Assembly: GCF_000002075.1 (NCBI RefSeq)
Contig: NW_004797271.1
Span: 4,047,378-4,111,377, forward strand
DNA: 64,000 nucleotides
Source: Aplysia californica
Lineage: Eukaryota
Reading direction: 5' to 3'
The position numbers and the translations under genes are program-made. The first letter of the stretch is position 1. Each line of letters opens with the position of its first letter. Shown piece after piece: positions 51,308 to 64,000 of the stretch. The notes beneath the pieces were generated by a model. That model did no database searches, had not been told where the DNA came from, and saw only the letters and a program-made list of their open reading frames with translations.

Positions 51308-51532
51308 ATGTTTCGAAAAGATAAGCCAATTACTTTGAAAGGATCCACTTCTTTTCTTTGCAACAATTTATCCGTGTATGTAATGCCTGAGAAAAAGCAA
51401 CTGAATTATGCAGTCGTTCATAAGTCTGTTGTCAATATTGCATGTGCTACTACTGATGGAACCTCTGTAACTGGGCGTCAGGTTGCCTGCAAAGAGCCAT
51501 CTGCAGCCCAAGGACTCCCTTTTGTGATGCAG
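51308..51532 (+). CDS. WDR54: WD repeat-containing protein 54, coding exon 1
   Basis: MFRKDKPITLKGSTSFLCNNLSV...YAVVH...RQVACKE resembles the WDR54 N-terminus (recalled as MFRWERSIPLRGSAAALCNNLSV); donor CAG|GTAAAA. Confidence 0.85.
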
Positions 51533-53201
51533 GTAAAAAGTTGTTTTTGATGTAAATTTACCAATGCAATGCAGCTTTCAATTTCAATATCAAAACTTTT
51601 ACATTTACTCAGATTACTGTAACTTACCATAGTGGAGCCCAAAACTTGCCAACTTGCTGCAGACAGGATGACCGTTAAGCTCTGACATAGGCCATGTACT
51701 TGTGTAGACAGAGAAGACAAGTCAATTTGATGTAAAATGTTTTAATTCATTCAGTGCTGACCTAAAACCTATGCACTTCCCTGCTGCCCTGATCAATTTC
51801 TGAGTGAACCGGTCGGGTTAACATTGAGAGTTGAGGGTAACTTGAAAAGAAGATTAATAGTAAATTAAAGACTACTTCATCCATCATCACAATTTTTCTT
51901 CTGCTGCCTATACAGAATTGATTGTAGGTGTACGTTTTTATGCCAAATGGGTAGTCCTCTATTAGCCTCTAGCATGGTACCAGTTGCGGAAACACTGAAT
52001 TGGAGTCAGAAACGAGAATGGAGAACTATTTGTGGAAATGTGTGCAACAAATGGGCTCATGATAGGTGAAGCTGTTTTCCCATATAAACAGATACACAAA
52101 TCAACATGGGTGTCTCCAGACCAACAAACCGAAAACCAGATTGACCACATAGAATCTATGTATCAACAAGAAATTCAGGAGATCAATAAGGGATGTTAGA
52201 GTTTTCAGGGGTGCAGGCGTAGCTTCTGACCTTCATCTGCTCATTGCAACAATCCCACTAAAACTAAAACCAAGACAGGGGATTGTCAATCATAGGTGCC
52301 AGTACAACGTGGAATCTCTGAGAGAGCCATCGTCAAGAGAGGAGTTAAATGTTGCAGTTAAGAACAGGTTCCAAGGGATGGAAACACTGGGCGAGGATAG
52401 CAGCGTGGAAGAAACATGGGAGCCAATAAAAGAAGGCTGGACCACTGTGTGTCAAGAGGTACTGGGGAAACGGAAACATGAGCACAAGTCGTGGATATCT
52501 GCCACCACTCTGAGGAAGATAGAGGACAGGAAAAAGAAAAAGGTTCAGGTAAACAGGAGCAAGACAAGAGCAGCCAAAGCAAAGGCCCAAGAAGAATACA
52601 CCAAAGCAAGGAAGGATGTAAAAGTCAACCTGTGAAAAGACAAAAGAAACTATGTAGATGACCTGGTGTGCGAGGCAGAGGAAGCAGCAGGGGCAGGAAA
52701 CATGAAAGGACTGTATGACAAGAAACTTGCAGGCAGTTACAGGAATGTGAATGTGCCAGTTAAGGATAAAGAGGGAAAGCTTCTCACAAATCCAGACGAA
52801 CAGAAAGAATGCTGGAAAGAGCATTTCAAAGAACTGCTGAACAGACCAAGGCCAGAAAAACAGTTTGACATTCCACCAGCAGAGATTGATCTGGAGATGA
52901 GGGAAGAAAAGCCCAATTTAGAGGAGATCAAGGAGGCGATAAGACACCAGAAAGCAGGCAAGTTGGCAGGCCCAGATGGAATTCCCCCAGAAGTTCTCAA
53001 GGCGGATATCAACATTGCAGCAGGGATTCTTCATGGAATTATTGGCAAGATATGGGACGGCGAAGAATTTCTTCCACAGGATTGGAGAGAAGGATTGCTT
53101 ATGAAACTACCCACAAAAGGAGACCTGCATGAGTGTAAAAACTACCTAGGAATCATGCTCCTGTCCATTCGTGGGAAGATTTTAAGTCGTACCTAGATGA
53201 C

Positions 53202-53356
53202 AGAAGATGGGAGGACAACATTTCAGAGTCGACAGGAAAGACGATGGGTGACAATCTGAGGAAAGCAGAGGACAAAGATAAATGGCGAGAGCTGGTTTTC
53301 AGATGCAGTGGTGCCCCCATGATTGCCCCAACCACGGGATAGAAGAAGAAGAAGAA
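53202..53356 (+). mobile_element. Short RTE-type 3' end with (GAA)n tail inserted in the Gypsy terminal repeat
   Basis: RRWEDNI...AEDKDKWRELV-like remnant; splits TAGATGAC|TATACATTG. Confidence 0.65.
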
Positions 53357-53476
53357 GACGACTATACATTGTGATGCTTGTTCGTCTATGTGAGTTTTCT
53401 TGTCGTTCATCTTATCTGTTTCAGAATTGTGAACATTGCTGATAGATTCAATAAACTCTATCGTTGAAAGCAAATA

Positions 53477-54269
53477 CAGTCGAACCTGCCCTGACGGCCA
53501 CCTCTATAAGACGGTCACCTGTACAAACGGCCACTTTCCATTTCCCCCCTTGCGTTTTTTCTATATAATTTAACTGTGTAAAACGGGCAACTGTCCAACG
53601 CGGCCGCGGCCACCATATTTTAACACATAACCCCTATCACACTAAGCAATAACACCTGTCTTAGATGGCCGCCTTAGTGACTCCATTACATTTTGTCATT
53701 AATTGTGCATTGACCCCTGGCGTTGTGGGCGAGCCGTCATAATCTAATCTCCTGTTGTTGTTGTTAGATAGTCCCTCCAACCGATCATGTTGCGTAGGCC
53801 CCTCCCAATGTTGACCAATACCTACCAATTTCCAGCTGTTGGTGAGGGAAACGTGTGATCCCTCATGACCAATAAGCCCCGCCCAGAACTCATACACAAA
53901 TCGTCAGTGAGATGAGTGGTCACTGTTTTACCCAGTCTGTAACAAAGTAACAATGGACGTCAACATGGACTTGTGACAGAAGCGTCGCTCGTTCTTCGAG
54001 TGGTGGCGACCCATAATATATTTGTTTTACCATAGCAATCGGTCCTCCTTGTCTGACACATTTCGTTTTATTGTCACCCTTGCACAAAATCAGCAACAGA
54101 ATAAAAATAACAAACAAAATACAACAAAAACTACAATAATGCAGCTACTTTCGATTGGGAATGGGGTTTGTTTTTTTCATCTTGATCAGTCCTGCCTAAG
54201 ACGGCCACCTGTCTTATACGGCCACTTTTCTCCTTGATAATGGGTGGCCGTCTTACACAGGTTTGACTG
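53477..54269. mobile_element. pogo/Tigger-like MITE
   Basis: TA|CAGTCGAACCTG...CAGGTTTGACTG|TA with GACGGCCACC subterminal repeats. Confidence 0.85.
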
Positions 54270-57200
54270 TACCTCAAAGTTATTTATGTTCACGATTCTG
54301 AAACAGATAAGATGAACGACATGTAAACTCACATAGACGAACAAGCATCACAATGTATAGTCATCTATGCCCCCCCCCCAAGTCTTTGTGATACAGATGT
54401 GATTGCAGGCCACAAGTGTGAGAGGCAAAGACTGAGAAAGAAAGTTAGACGGGACAGTCGTGAACAAAAGAATAATTCTTGGTGTCAGTTATGACAAATG
54501 AAGTGGAAGAATTTGAACCAGTAACGTAACTTGTTGACAAGCAAATAAACAAAAGTCAACAAAATGAAACCAACGGTTGTTCTGAGCACAAAAACATACG
54601 CTGACAATCGGACATATCAGCGGGGTAGGGTGAACTTACAAGGAGGTGAAACACCAGTCATGGTAAACGTAGTCATGGACTGACAACTGAACATAGAGTC
54701 AATTTGTGCTTCATGTCCATGGGCAATGTGCGTGAATCATAATGTCACTTGTATTTATGGGGTTGAGGATGATTCCGTTCCGTCCACATAGGTCAAGCCA
54801 TTCTGCGGCCTGGAAGAAACATTCTTCGATGGTGTCTGACCACATAATGGTGTCGTCTATGACTTTCTTTTTGTTTTTGAAATCGTTGACTATTTCATCA
54901 AATTGCCACGTGTATGCATCTCCTAAGGCAACATACCCCTGAGGGCAGATTCGATATCGGTATCGACCCCATGGTGTGATGAAAGTGGTGAGGTGTTGAT
55001 CTTTCTCATCCAGGGGAATACATGTACTATGAAAACCATTCCAGGCATCAAAAGGGGTTTTTCGCGTGTAGGGTGGCACAGAACGAGCCTGATGGAACGG
55101 CGACTGTGTGTGATGTGATGGGTTTCTCTGGTTGCAGATCGATTGAGTGCCTGGAAGCCAATGGTTCTTCGCGGCTTTCCTGATTTCAAGGCACATACAA
55201 CCATACGTTGGCACCGGGTAACTGGAGTACCTATGGGGACAGGTTCTATGACTCCCAGGCTAACGTCTTAGTGTAAGCCTATTTTGACTTGTTTCTGCCA
55301 GTGCACCGGGACTGGGATGGGAGTATGATGTGCCACTGGCTTTGCATCAGGTGGGATCATGAGACTCATAGGTGGTCCTGACATCATAGGCAGGGGTTGA
55401 TGAGGACAAACATTAAATGTGCTGGCTTTGTAGTGGTTCAAAAGTCATTTTTCCAGGTGCCCTCTATTCGCCCCAGTGGCGGGAAATGAAAGTAATGTGG
55501 GAATCGATGGTGGTGCTTGGCGTGATGGGCAATGGCATTCATTGTCATCATTCCATTCGAGATGAGGTCCATCGTTAAGGGCAAATGTTGAGTCAAATGA
55601 TGGGAAGCTGGCGGGTAAGAGGCTACACATGCTTCTCTTGACAGAACAGTTTATCGGTGGAGTCAGTGAGGTAAACAATCTGTCGTGTTGTGACTGATCT
55701 GCCAGACTGGGAGAGTCCAGTGATGCGGAGTACCAAGGCAACAAGTATTGCAATTGACTTCTGATTTGCTGCTTTCATTTTCATCGTGTTTGGTATAAGA
55801 TGGTTCTTGGTCATGCCGAGGGGGCCCAGTATGGAGATTCCAGCCAAGCATGATTGACAACTTGTGTCGGCCTCTGTGGCGGACTTGATGGCGTTTGTTG
55901 CTTTGCAAAGCATCGGGTGTATGCCCAGAGCTGTGGCATCAGATGGAATAGCCTGAATGGTAACGTTAATTGTAGGCTGAGGCGCGGACGCCTCTTTGTG
56001 CCACATGTCAAGCTTGGAGTTGTAGATGTGGTGTTCTAATGTTATGGCATTAATAACTGACTGTGGTGACTCGTCCGGCATGTTCGTCGCTGTCTCTATT
56101 GCACACAAACTCTGGAATACGGCTGTGGCGTCTTTGGGTGTGGATTACGGCTGCTGTCCTGACTTGCGACAGATGCTTTCAAAATGATGGGGGGATCCGC
56201 ATTTAGAGCAAACATGGCTGTAAGCGGGACAATGAGTCATGCGGTCCTGTCGCCTTCGGCCGTGCCCAGCTTTTTTGCAGTGACCACATACCGGGGCATG
56301 CTGTTTTCCATCAGGTGTGTGGGTTTGGTTCTGTAGTCGCTTACGTTCTTGGCGTTTGAAGGAGCTTACGGCATCTACCGACAGTTGGGCCGACTGAGGC
56401 AAGCAAGGATGGGTCATGCCTGGTCCAATGCTTTCAGAAGAGCGTTTTCCACTTTCCTTCGCCTCTATGAACCATATAGTGTCCTCTAATGACATGTCTT
56501 GATTAGCTTGACCAAGGATGTCAAGCTGAATGTCATTGTCTGCCAAGCCAATAATCATGGTGTCTCGAACCATCGCATCGCTATAGCTGACCTGAGTTCC
56601 ATATTCACAATTGACAAGGTATTGACAAACACTAGATTGTCCCTTCAGGCGGGCTGGGAATGTTCTCACTGGCTCGTCCCTGTCTTGACTCATTTGCTGA
56701 AGCTCAAGTCTGGATACCATCACGTTTTCTTGTCGAACTGCCAATAGCCTCATATGATGCAGTATAGTGGTTTTTTCCTTAGAGGTGATTGACTTCACGC
56801 TCCTTGATAGGTTTCTTCTCAGGTTGTCATCGCAACACTCAAGTAGTTGGTACACGATGTCAGTGTCTTAGAGGTGTGTTGCCTTTTTGTAGTCGGACCA
56901 TCTGTCAAGAAAGTATGCCCATAGATGACTATATATGTAAACTCACATAGACGAACAAACATCACAATGTATAGTCATCTAGTAGCTTACTGGAAAGACT
57001 TAAGGAAGCCGTGGATGTAAAACTGAGAGAGGAGCAGGCATGATTTCGTAAAAATAGATCATGTACAGATCAGATTGCAACTTTGGGGATAATATAGTGA
57101 AGCACTCCACAGAGTGGAACTATTCCCTGTACGTTAACTTTGTTGACTACGAGAAAGCTTTTGACAGTGTAGATAGGGACTCAATATGAAAGCTCATGCT

Positions 57201-59677
57201 CCACTACGGAATACTTGACAAGTTTGTGAGACGGATCAAGAAGATGTATGACGGAGTGAGCTGCAGTGTCTTACTTGGAGGGCAGCGGACAGACTCCTTT
57301 GAAGTGAAAACAGGAGTGAGACAGGGATGCCTGCTATCACCTTTTCTTTTTTTATTAGCAATGGATTGGATAAGGAGACAGACAACATCGGGACAACACG
57401 GTGGCATTCATTGGACCCTTTCCAGTCAGTTGGAAGACTTGGACTTTACTGACAACTTGGCACTTCTTTCTCACAGTCGAGCCCAGATGCAACAGAAGAC
57501 AGATTGCCTCAGGGCCTTCTCCCGTTGTGCTGGACTCCATATTCACACGTATAAAACGAAAGTTCTTCGAATAAATGCATCTGACGTTTCTATCACACTG
57601 CAAGGGACACCATTGGCAGATGTTGAATCCTTCACCTACCTGGGAAGTGTCATCAACAAAGCAGGGGTAACAGGCGAAGACATCATGGTCAGAATAAAAA
57701 AGGCAAGAGCAGCATTCATCATTCTCAGGAATATATGGATGTCTAAGGAATGGGGATTGAACACCAAGCTGAGGATCTTCAAAATAAAGGTGAAGACTGT
57801 TCTACTGTATGGTTCAGAGACATGGAGGCTCACAGCATCGGCAGCAAGGAAACTGCAGAGCTTCATAAATGGATGTCTAAGAAGGATAGAGGGGATCAAG
57901 TGGTACGATCGAGTCACATATACTCAACTGTGGGAAAGAACAAGCCAAAGGCCAGTAAAGTAAGACATACAGGTGAAGAAATGGAAATGGATTAGGCACA
58001 CCCTGAGGAGACCCCTGACAAGCATCATCAGACAGGCTTTGAAGTGGAATCCACAAGGAAAACGTAAGAAAGGAAGACCAAAGATGACATACAGGTGAGA
58101 AGCACATGTGAAAATGGAAAAGGCGGGGACATCATGGAAGCAGCTAGAAAAGGATGCAAAGAACAGGCTTTGCTGGAGAAATGTTGTTAATGGCCTGTGC
58201 TCCACTGGGATTTAAAACGGGCAAGAGAGAGAGAGAGAGACATGGTACCAGTATTTGTTTCCTCACTATTGACTGTTGCCATCAAAACTAAAGTCAGTGT
58301 CAGCTCTATTACTTGATAAATTAGATAGTTGAACAAATTCTTGACCAAAATCTCATAACATCTGTAGTTTTCAGATTGGAAAATCATTTTGGGACTGGGA
58401 TCGTTCATTTTCCACAACTTTAGATGCAATTGCAAAAAGCCAACTTCAACAACACTTGGCCTAAGAAACACACACGAAAAAGCAAATATTTTGTGTTATT
58501 TGTAACAAATGATGCTATAAAAGAACCAAGCCAGATCTAAAGTGCTTTCCCTTTACTCATAATTATGGGACTATAGATAAAGGCAGAGCGGCACTCTTCG
58601 GGAGAAGTGGTCACGGCCTAACTCCATAGAAATTTATATGCAAGATCGGAAACAAAAACGTGAGTCAAGTAAAAAAGCTGGCTGAGTTGCGAGGATGAAA
58701 AGGCCACCGGTATATTTATAGAAAAGGTTCAAATCCATGTTGTTAATGGCCTGTGCTTCACTGGGATTTAAAAAGGGCAAGAGAGAGAGAGATTGACTAT
58801 TGACTATCCTCACTATTCAAACCCCGGGACTGCGCTTAGCTGGTTTTCTTCTTACCTGTCAAATCGTTACCAATCTGTTTTTATTAAAGGGCTTAAGTCA
58901 TCAGATCATGCTCTTCTGTATGGGGTCCCCTAGGGCTCAGTCTTCGGTCCAGTTTTGTTCACCATTTATACTCAACCACTTGTCAAGGAAATAATAATAA
59001 TAATAATAATAATAATAATTGCATTTATATAGCGCATATCCATGCTCCAGAGCTTGCTCTATGCGCTTTACAACTATCATTACCCCAGCAGACCCTCTGA
59101 GAAAACTCAGAAACATTCTCAGCTTCCGTGGAAGTAAAGAAGTAGGACCTACCAGCAGCGCCCCCCTCTCCCAACCACCCACCACGTTAGGACTTTCTGT
59201 GCAGAGAGTGTAAAACAGAATGTGAGACAGTATGGTGAAATCAGGCCCCCATCAAAATACAGAAATCAGAAAAATAGGTTTTTTTCCACCAGTTTGGTAA
59301 ATTGTATCGATTTTGTATTAGTTTTGGGGCTCAACCTCTTGTATGTCCATATAAAAACACATTTCCATCCGAATGTCACAGAAAAACATAGATTAAAGGC
59401 ACAAAATGAGTCATTTTCCTGTTTTCAAGGACTCTTTAGCTATTGAAGTTATCAAACTTTAGCGGCCATTTTCTCGCCAATTTCGCCACTGAAACCAGAC
59501 AAAATGTCACTTCCTTCAATCGCGAATATCGTGAGTTCTATTCAAGATAGATGGATGTTTATTTCATTGAAAACAAGGCACATGAATCAGCTTTCAGATG
59601 ACACCAATAACTCCACATGCCCCAAAATTGACGAGCGCCTGATTCCATCGCGTCGTAAAACAAATTATACTAATATC

Positions 59678-60082
59678 TCAGCATGGCTCATCATCCTCAT
59701 CATAACCGTCCGGGAGGGCGTTGTAGTAGTGGTTGTGGAACAGGCTGTGGTTCCCATCGCCCCAGGGGAAGGGCCTGTTCCTGAGTCGGAGATGTGGCCA
59801 GGGGACAAACTCGTCCCTCTCTCTGTGCTGCTCGCCCATGAAGTAGGCGTGGTACCACACAGGGAGGATCACGCCCACAAAGCCGGCTAGGGTGGCGTAC
59901 TTGAAGATCATGCTTGGGGTTATTCCTCCTCTTGGTGGCTCTGGCTGATGAACGTAAGGAGACGAGGGGAAAAATATGCCCTTGTGACTGTCTGTCGTTT
60001 TCGTTTGGCATCTCTGCTTTCTGGTGACAGCAGCCCGCAACAGAGCAGCTCCTTTTGGAAGTCGACCGAACCTAAACAACAT
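59678..60082 (-). CDS. COX6A: Intronless cytochrome c oxidase subunit 6A-like gene (probable retrogene)
   Basis: Arg-rich mitochondrial presequence, a single TM, and the signature [35 protein letters not shown]. Intact 134-aa ORF; AATAAA on - at 59558-59563. Confidence 0.88.
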   Translation of the reverse strand: MLFRFGRLPKGAALLRAAVTRKQRCQTKTTDSHKGIFFPSSPYVHQPEPPRGGITPSMIFKYATLAGFVGVILPVWYHAYFMGEQHRERDEFVPWPHLRLRNRPFPWGDGNHSLFHNHYYNALPDGYDEDDEPC

Positions 60083-60097
60083 GTCTAGTGTGCTGTT

Positions 60098-61590
60098 TTG
60101 GCCACCCTATGTCACAAATGTTTGAATGATAATGCACCATCATATTTATCAAATCTGTTAAGACTGTACATTCCAACTCGCAGTTTAAGGTCATCAGCTG
60201 ACAAAAAGAAATTTATTTTACCATCTATGAAACTTAAAACAAGGGGTGAAAGGGCATTTGAATACCAAGGCCCCAAGATCTGGAATGCTTTATCAAGTAC
60301 TTTGAGAGAGATCAAATCTTTTGATTCATTCAAAGTTCAACTGAAGTCGTTTCTGTTTTTAAATTAATAAGATGAATATTTGGAATAATTTTCTTTAGTC
60401 AGAACACAACGTTTTATGTTACTGTTGTATGTTGTACTGTATTGTAAAGCGCTCAGCGCCTGTGTACTTTATTCGGGGTTGAGAGCTATATAAATGTCAT
60501 TTATTATTATTATTATGTTAAGACTGTTTTTCGGCACTATTTTACCTTTTTTTAGTCTGCTGAGAACGATTTTGGCAACTAAAAATGTCAGCTGAGTTGA
60601 AATAGTTAAGTATGACTTGAAATACCATTTCTATGCTGATGATACCCAAATTTAAGGTTCAACATTGTTTACCAACTTAGATGAACTTGTCCATCGTGCT
60701 GAAAATTGTATTGCCTTAGTGAAAGACTGGATGAACAAAAATAAATTGATGTTGAATGATAATAAAACAGAAGTCATTCTGGAAGGCAATGCAAAGTCTG
60801 TTAGAGAGGTTGACCATGATCACATTACAATTAGTGATGCAAAAATTGTATTTTCAAGAAAAGTTAAGAATCTTGGCATCTATTTTGATTCCAGTTTGTC
60901 AATGTCAGCTGAGGTAAATCATCTGATCAGCTGCATGTATTTAGAAATAAGAAAAATTAGTAAAATACGTCATCTGATCAATACTAAGTATATTGCTTCA
61001 CTAGCAACTAGCTTAATTTTATCAAAACTCGATTATTGTAACTCCTTGTTATCAGGAATATCACTGGAGAAAGTTAGAAGACTTCAAACTGTCCAAAACA
61101 ATGCTGCACATTTAGTTTTATGGAAAAGAAAGCGAGACTCTGCTAAACCTCTTGAAAAGGATTGTGTACAAGTTGGCCACCCTATGTCACAAATGTTTGA
61201 ATGATAATGCACCATCATATTTATCAAATCTGTTAAGACTGTACATTCCAACTCGCAGTTTAAGGTCATCAGCTGACAAAAAGAAATTTATTTTACCATC
61301 TATGAAACTTAAAACAAGGGGTGAAAGGGCATTTGAATACCAAGGCCCCAAGATCTGGAATGCTTTATCAAGTACTTTGAGAGAGATCAAATCTTTTGAT
61401 TCATTCAAAGTTCAACTGAAGTCGTTTCTGTTTTTAAATTAATAAGATGAATATTTGGAATAATTTTCTTTAGTCAGAACACAACGTTTTATGTTACTGT
61501 TGTATGTTGTACTGTATTGTAAAGCGCTCAGCGCCTGTGTACTTTATTCGGGGTTGAGAGCTATATAAATGTCATTTATTATTATTATTA
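60098..61590 (+). mobile_element. L2/CR1 LINE 3' fragments (60098-60515 and ~60600-61590), same family as 47317-48881
   Basis: Near-identical RT C-terminus and 3' tail; a further fragment lies at ~58826-58988. Confidence 0.92.
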
Positions 61591-63160
61591 TGTTAAGACT
61601 GTTTTTCGGCACTATTTTACCTTTTTTTAGTCTGCTGAGAACGATTTTGGCAACTAAAAATTGTCACAAACCATTATTTTTGTGAATATCGAAATAATCG
61701 AACTTAGAAAAAAGCCCGGAAAAATTAATAAATACTCAGCCAGCTTTTTTACTCGACTACTGTTTTTGTTTCCAATTGTGTACATATAATATGTAAACAT
61801 TTCTATGGAATTAGATCGGGACCACTTCTCCTGAAGAGTGCTGACAGAGCTATCCTTTTACTGAACTTTGAGCTTCTTAACGAGACTGTATGGATTTTGT
61901 GAGAATACTCATCAAACACACACAGGCGGGACCCAACTGAGCAAGAATTCTCATCAGTAGCACTGAATGAGTTAAGATATAAGATAAAAAACCCCATCAG
62001 TGCTCCCTAGAGCCTAATGATAATGGGAAGCTTGACTAACAGCCTAGACACAGTGCTCACATTACTGAAATCTGAAATGTCTTATCAGTTTTCAATACAC
62101 ATAGCTTTTGAAACTCAAGTGACAAGTCAAAAAGATTTTTAAAAGTTTTTCGATGCATGCAAATGCTAACGCACTGCTTCTTCTGCTTGTTGGGAATAAA
62201 GTATCACATTGGATATGATTACGAACTTTTGTTAAAATTATTAAAGATAAGTTCATTTTAGTTTTAGGTCCCTGGATTTGCAACTCTAATTTCACCTGTT
62301 CAACCCGCTATTTTCCAAATGATAATACACCCATTGCATGTTAATAATACTTTGATTTTGTTTGTGCTATTCATGACATCCTTGTATTTTTAGCCTTTGT
62401 TTGAACACTATTTCTTATGTAGTGTATCCTAGTAAAAACCAAACATGCATTCCAAAAGTCAGTGAATTCCTTCTTTTTAAAAAGTTATAATGCTTTGATG
62501 GAGAAATGAAGTGAGAATTAAGCTCTCTCCCTACAAGTGTTAAACCTGTAACTCATTCAGTGCTGATTGCTTCAGTGGTAAATTTCCTTTGCAATACTGA
62601 ATACTGGGCAAATGTGTACCCACGAGGGGAATAAAGTGAGGATTTTCTTTTCTTGTGAACTGACAAGGATTCAACTGCATGGTCACTGTTGCACTATGTT
62701 AGTTTTTCCTGAATGTTAAAGTTTACTTGTGATGACGGTTTTACTTTCCATGCTTGCCTTAATCGTCATTGTAAAAGAAGCAAGATATCCTATTTTCAAA
62801 ATCTGTGCCAAATTGATGTCTTGTGTAAATATGCTATTTGGAATTGTTTTACTGAAAGGATGCTATCATATCTATAAGTTAGATACTTCAAACTGGTTAC
62901 GTGAGCATGTGCTTGGAGCTTAATCTTTATTACTATAATGTTAATCAGTAAGTTGGTCTCACTTTACAGAACTTATTCTTTAGCTTTAATAGTCTGAAGA
63001 ATGTCCGAATATGACTGATATATCTTGATGTGTGTCTTGTGCGGAAAAAGAGTTTAGTCACATAATAAATGCAGATTAGCTAGGATTCATATTAATTTTA
63101 TTATATCTTAGCTTTTTCTTTCAAGTAACCGTTCTTTCACTATATTGTTTTCTGTTGCAG

Positions 63161-63223
63161 TCAAAATGGGTGATTTTGCCTTCAAGAACTGTTTTGGTAC
63201 TGACCACTCACAGAGGAATTCAG
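63161..63223 (+). CDS. WDR54: WDR54 coding exon 2 (gene continues beyond window)
   Basis: TTGCAG|SKWVILPSRTVLVLTTHRGIQ|GTATGA, phase 0; matches recalled WDR54 WCVLPFRVLLVLTSHRGIQ. Confidence 0.85.
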
Positions 63224-63494
63224 GTATGATAAAACACAGGAGAGTACTGGTATTTTGAAATGAAAATATTCCTTGAATACAATCTAAAGCTATGCGTTGA
63301 TTGTTATTGACTATGAAAAAAACCTTTAACTCCATTGAATACATTGCAATTTTTGAAGCTCTCCGAAATACAAATATGAACAAGACATACATCCAATTAT
63401 TGATAAACAGTTATGGAGATTTGTCAGTTTGAATCCATCTTGATCGGACAAAGGTGCACTCAGACAACTATATGTTGGCTATGTATGCTCTGCC

Positions 63495-64000
63495 ATGGAA
63501 TATAACTTAACCGTAAGAGGCCGTAAGACCAGAACTCCCCCCAAACCCAAGATCAAGAACGCCAACATCAAAACTTCCCTCATAAAGGAGACAGTGAAAA
63601 AGGAATGTGACCCAGTAGAACTGAAGACCGCGGCTCTCGAAGCAATTGACTCCTACCCTGGTAATTCCATCCATATTTACACTGATGGGTTAGCCTTCAA
63701 GGGGATGATTAATGCAGGCTTTGGAGTAAGAATAGAACGTCCTGACAAGACGTGTGAAGAACTATTTGATGCCTGTGGTACTTCTTGTACAAATTATGAG
63801 GATGAGGCCATCGCCATTGAAGCAGCAATCCTCCACCTGACCAATGTTTTCATTATTATATATCCAGACAAAATCAAGGACACTGTAATCTTCTCAGACG
63901 GAAAATCAGTACTCCAAGCTTAGGAAAACATGAATTTCTAAAGCCCTGCCTGCCTATCTATAGCTCAAACAATTAACACCATCATGCAGATGTATGCCGT
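63495..64000 (+). mobile_element. RNase H domain fragment of an I/Nimb-like LINE
   Basis: IYTDG...AGFGV...TNYEDEAIAI...VIFSDGKSVLQA matches non-LTR RNase H motifs; premature stop at 63921. Confidence 0.8.

Larger units (their letters stand above)
53194..56981 (-). mobile_element. Gypsy/Ty3 LTR retrotransposon, internally deleted, with palindromic terminal repeats
   Basis: Gag with two CCHC-like knuckles (56145-56920), protease ADTSCQSC, RT (DAWNGFHS, TFITPWGRYRY, IDDT) and poly-G PPT at ~54370-54379. Direct terminal repeats at 56922-56981 and 53194-54367; TSD GTACC/GTAGC. Confidence 0.8.
51985..58230 (+). mobile_element. Decayed RTE-clade LINE, split by a Gypsy insertion at 53194-56981
   Basis: Endonuclease end (IHKSTWVSPD..TENQIDHI). 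The RT start GIMLLSI.GKILSR resumes as LLERLKEAVD..LREEQA at 56982, followed by GVRQGCLLSP, LLYGSETW and WNPQGKRK.GRPK. Confidence 0.92.

Overview
Animal genomic DNA, probably molluscan/gastropod (inferred from gene and repeat content), AT-rich and with assembly gaps. (1) Two tandem, two-coding-exon Toll-like receptor genes lie on + (148-3447 and 6028-10026). Their N-terminal LRRs are divergent, but a ~950 bp block covering the distal LRRs, TM and TIR is nearly identical, which suggests gene conversion. Their TIR motifs are atypical. (2) An internally deleted DIRS1-type tyrosine-recombinase retrotransposon retains its ITR/ICR ends (11758-14862). (3) A complete 14-exon CDC23/APC8 gene lies on - (25106-50930), head-to-head with WDR54 on + (exons 51308-51532 and 63161-63223, continuing beyond the window). 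(4) An intact, intronless COX6A-like ORF is nested antisense in WDR54 intron 1. (5) Transposons are heavily nested: several Mutator-like elements with 9-bp TSDs, a deleted Tc1, a pogo-like MITE, RTE, L2/CR1 and RNase H-bearing LINE fragments, tRNA-derived SINEs, and a Gypsy element inside an RTE LINE whose terminal repeats are palindromic and end TAG...CTA. All alignments and counts were done by eye.
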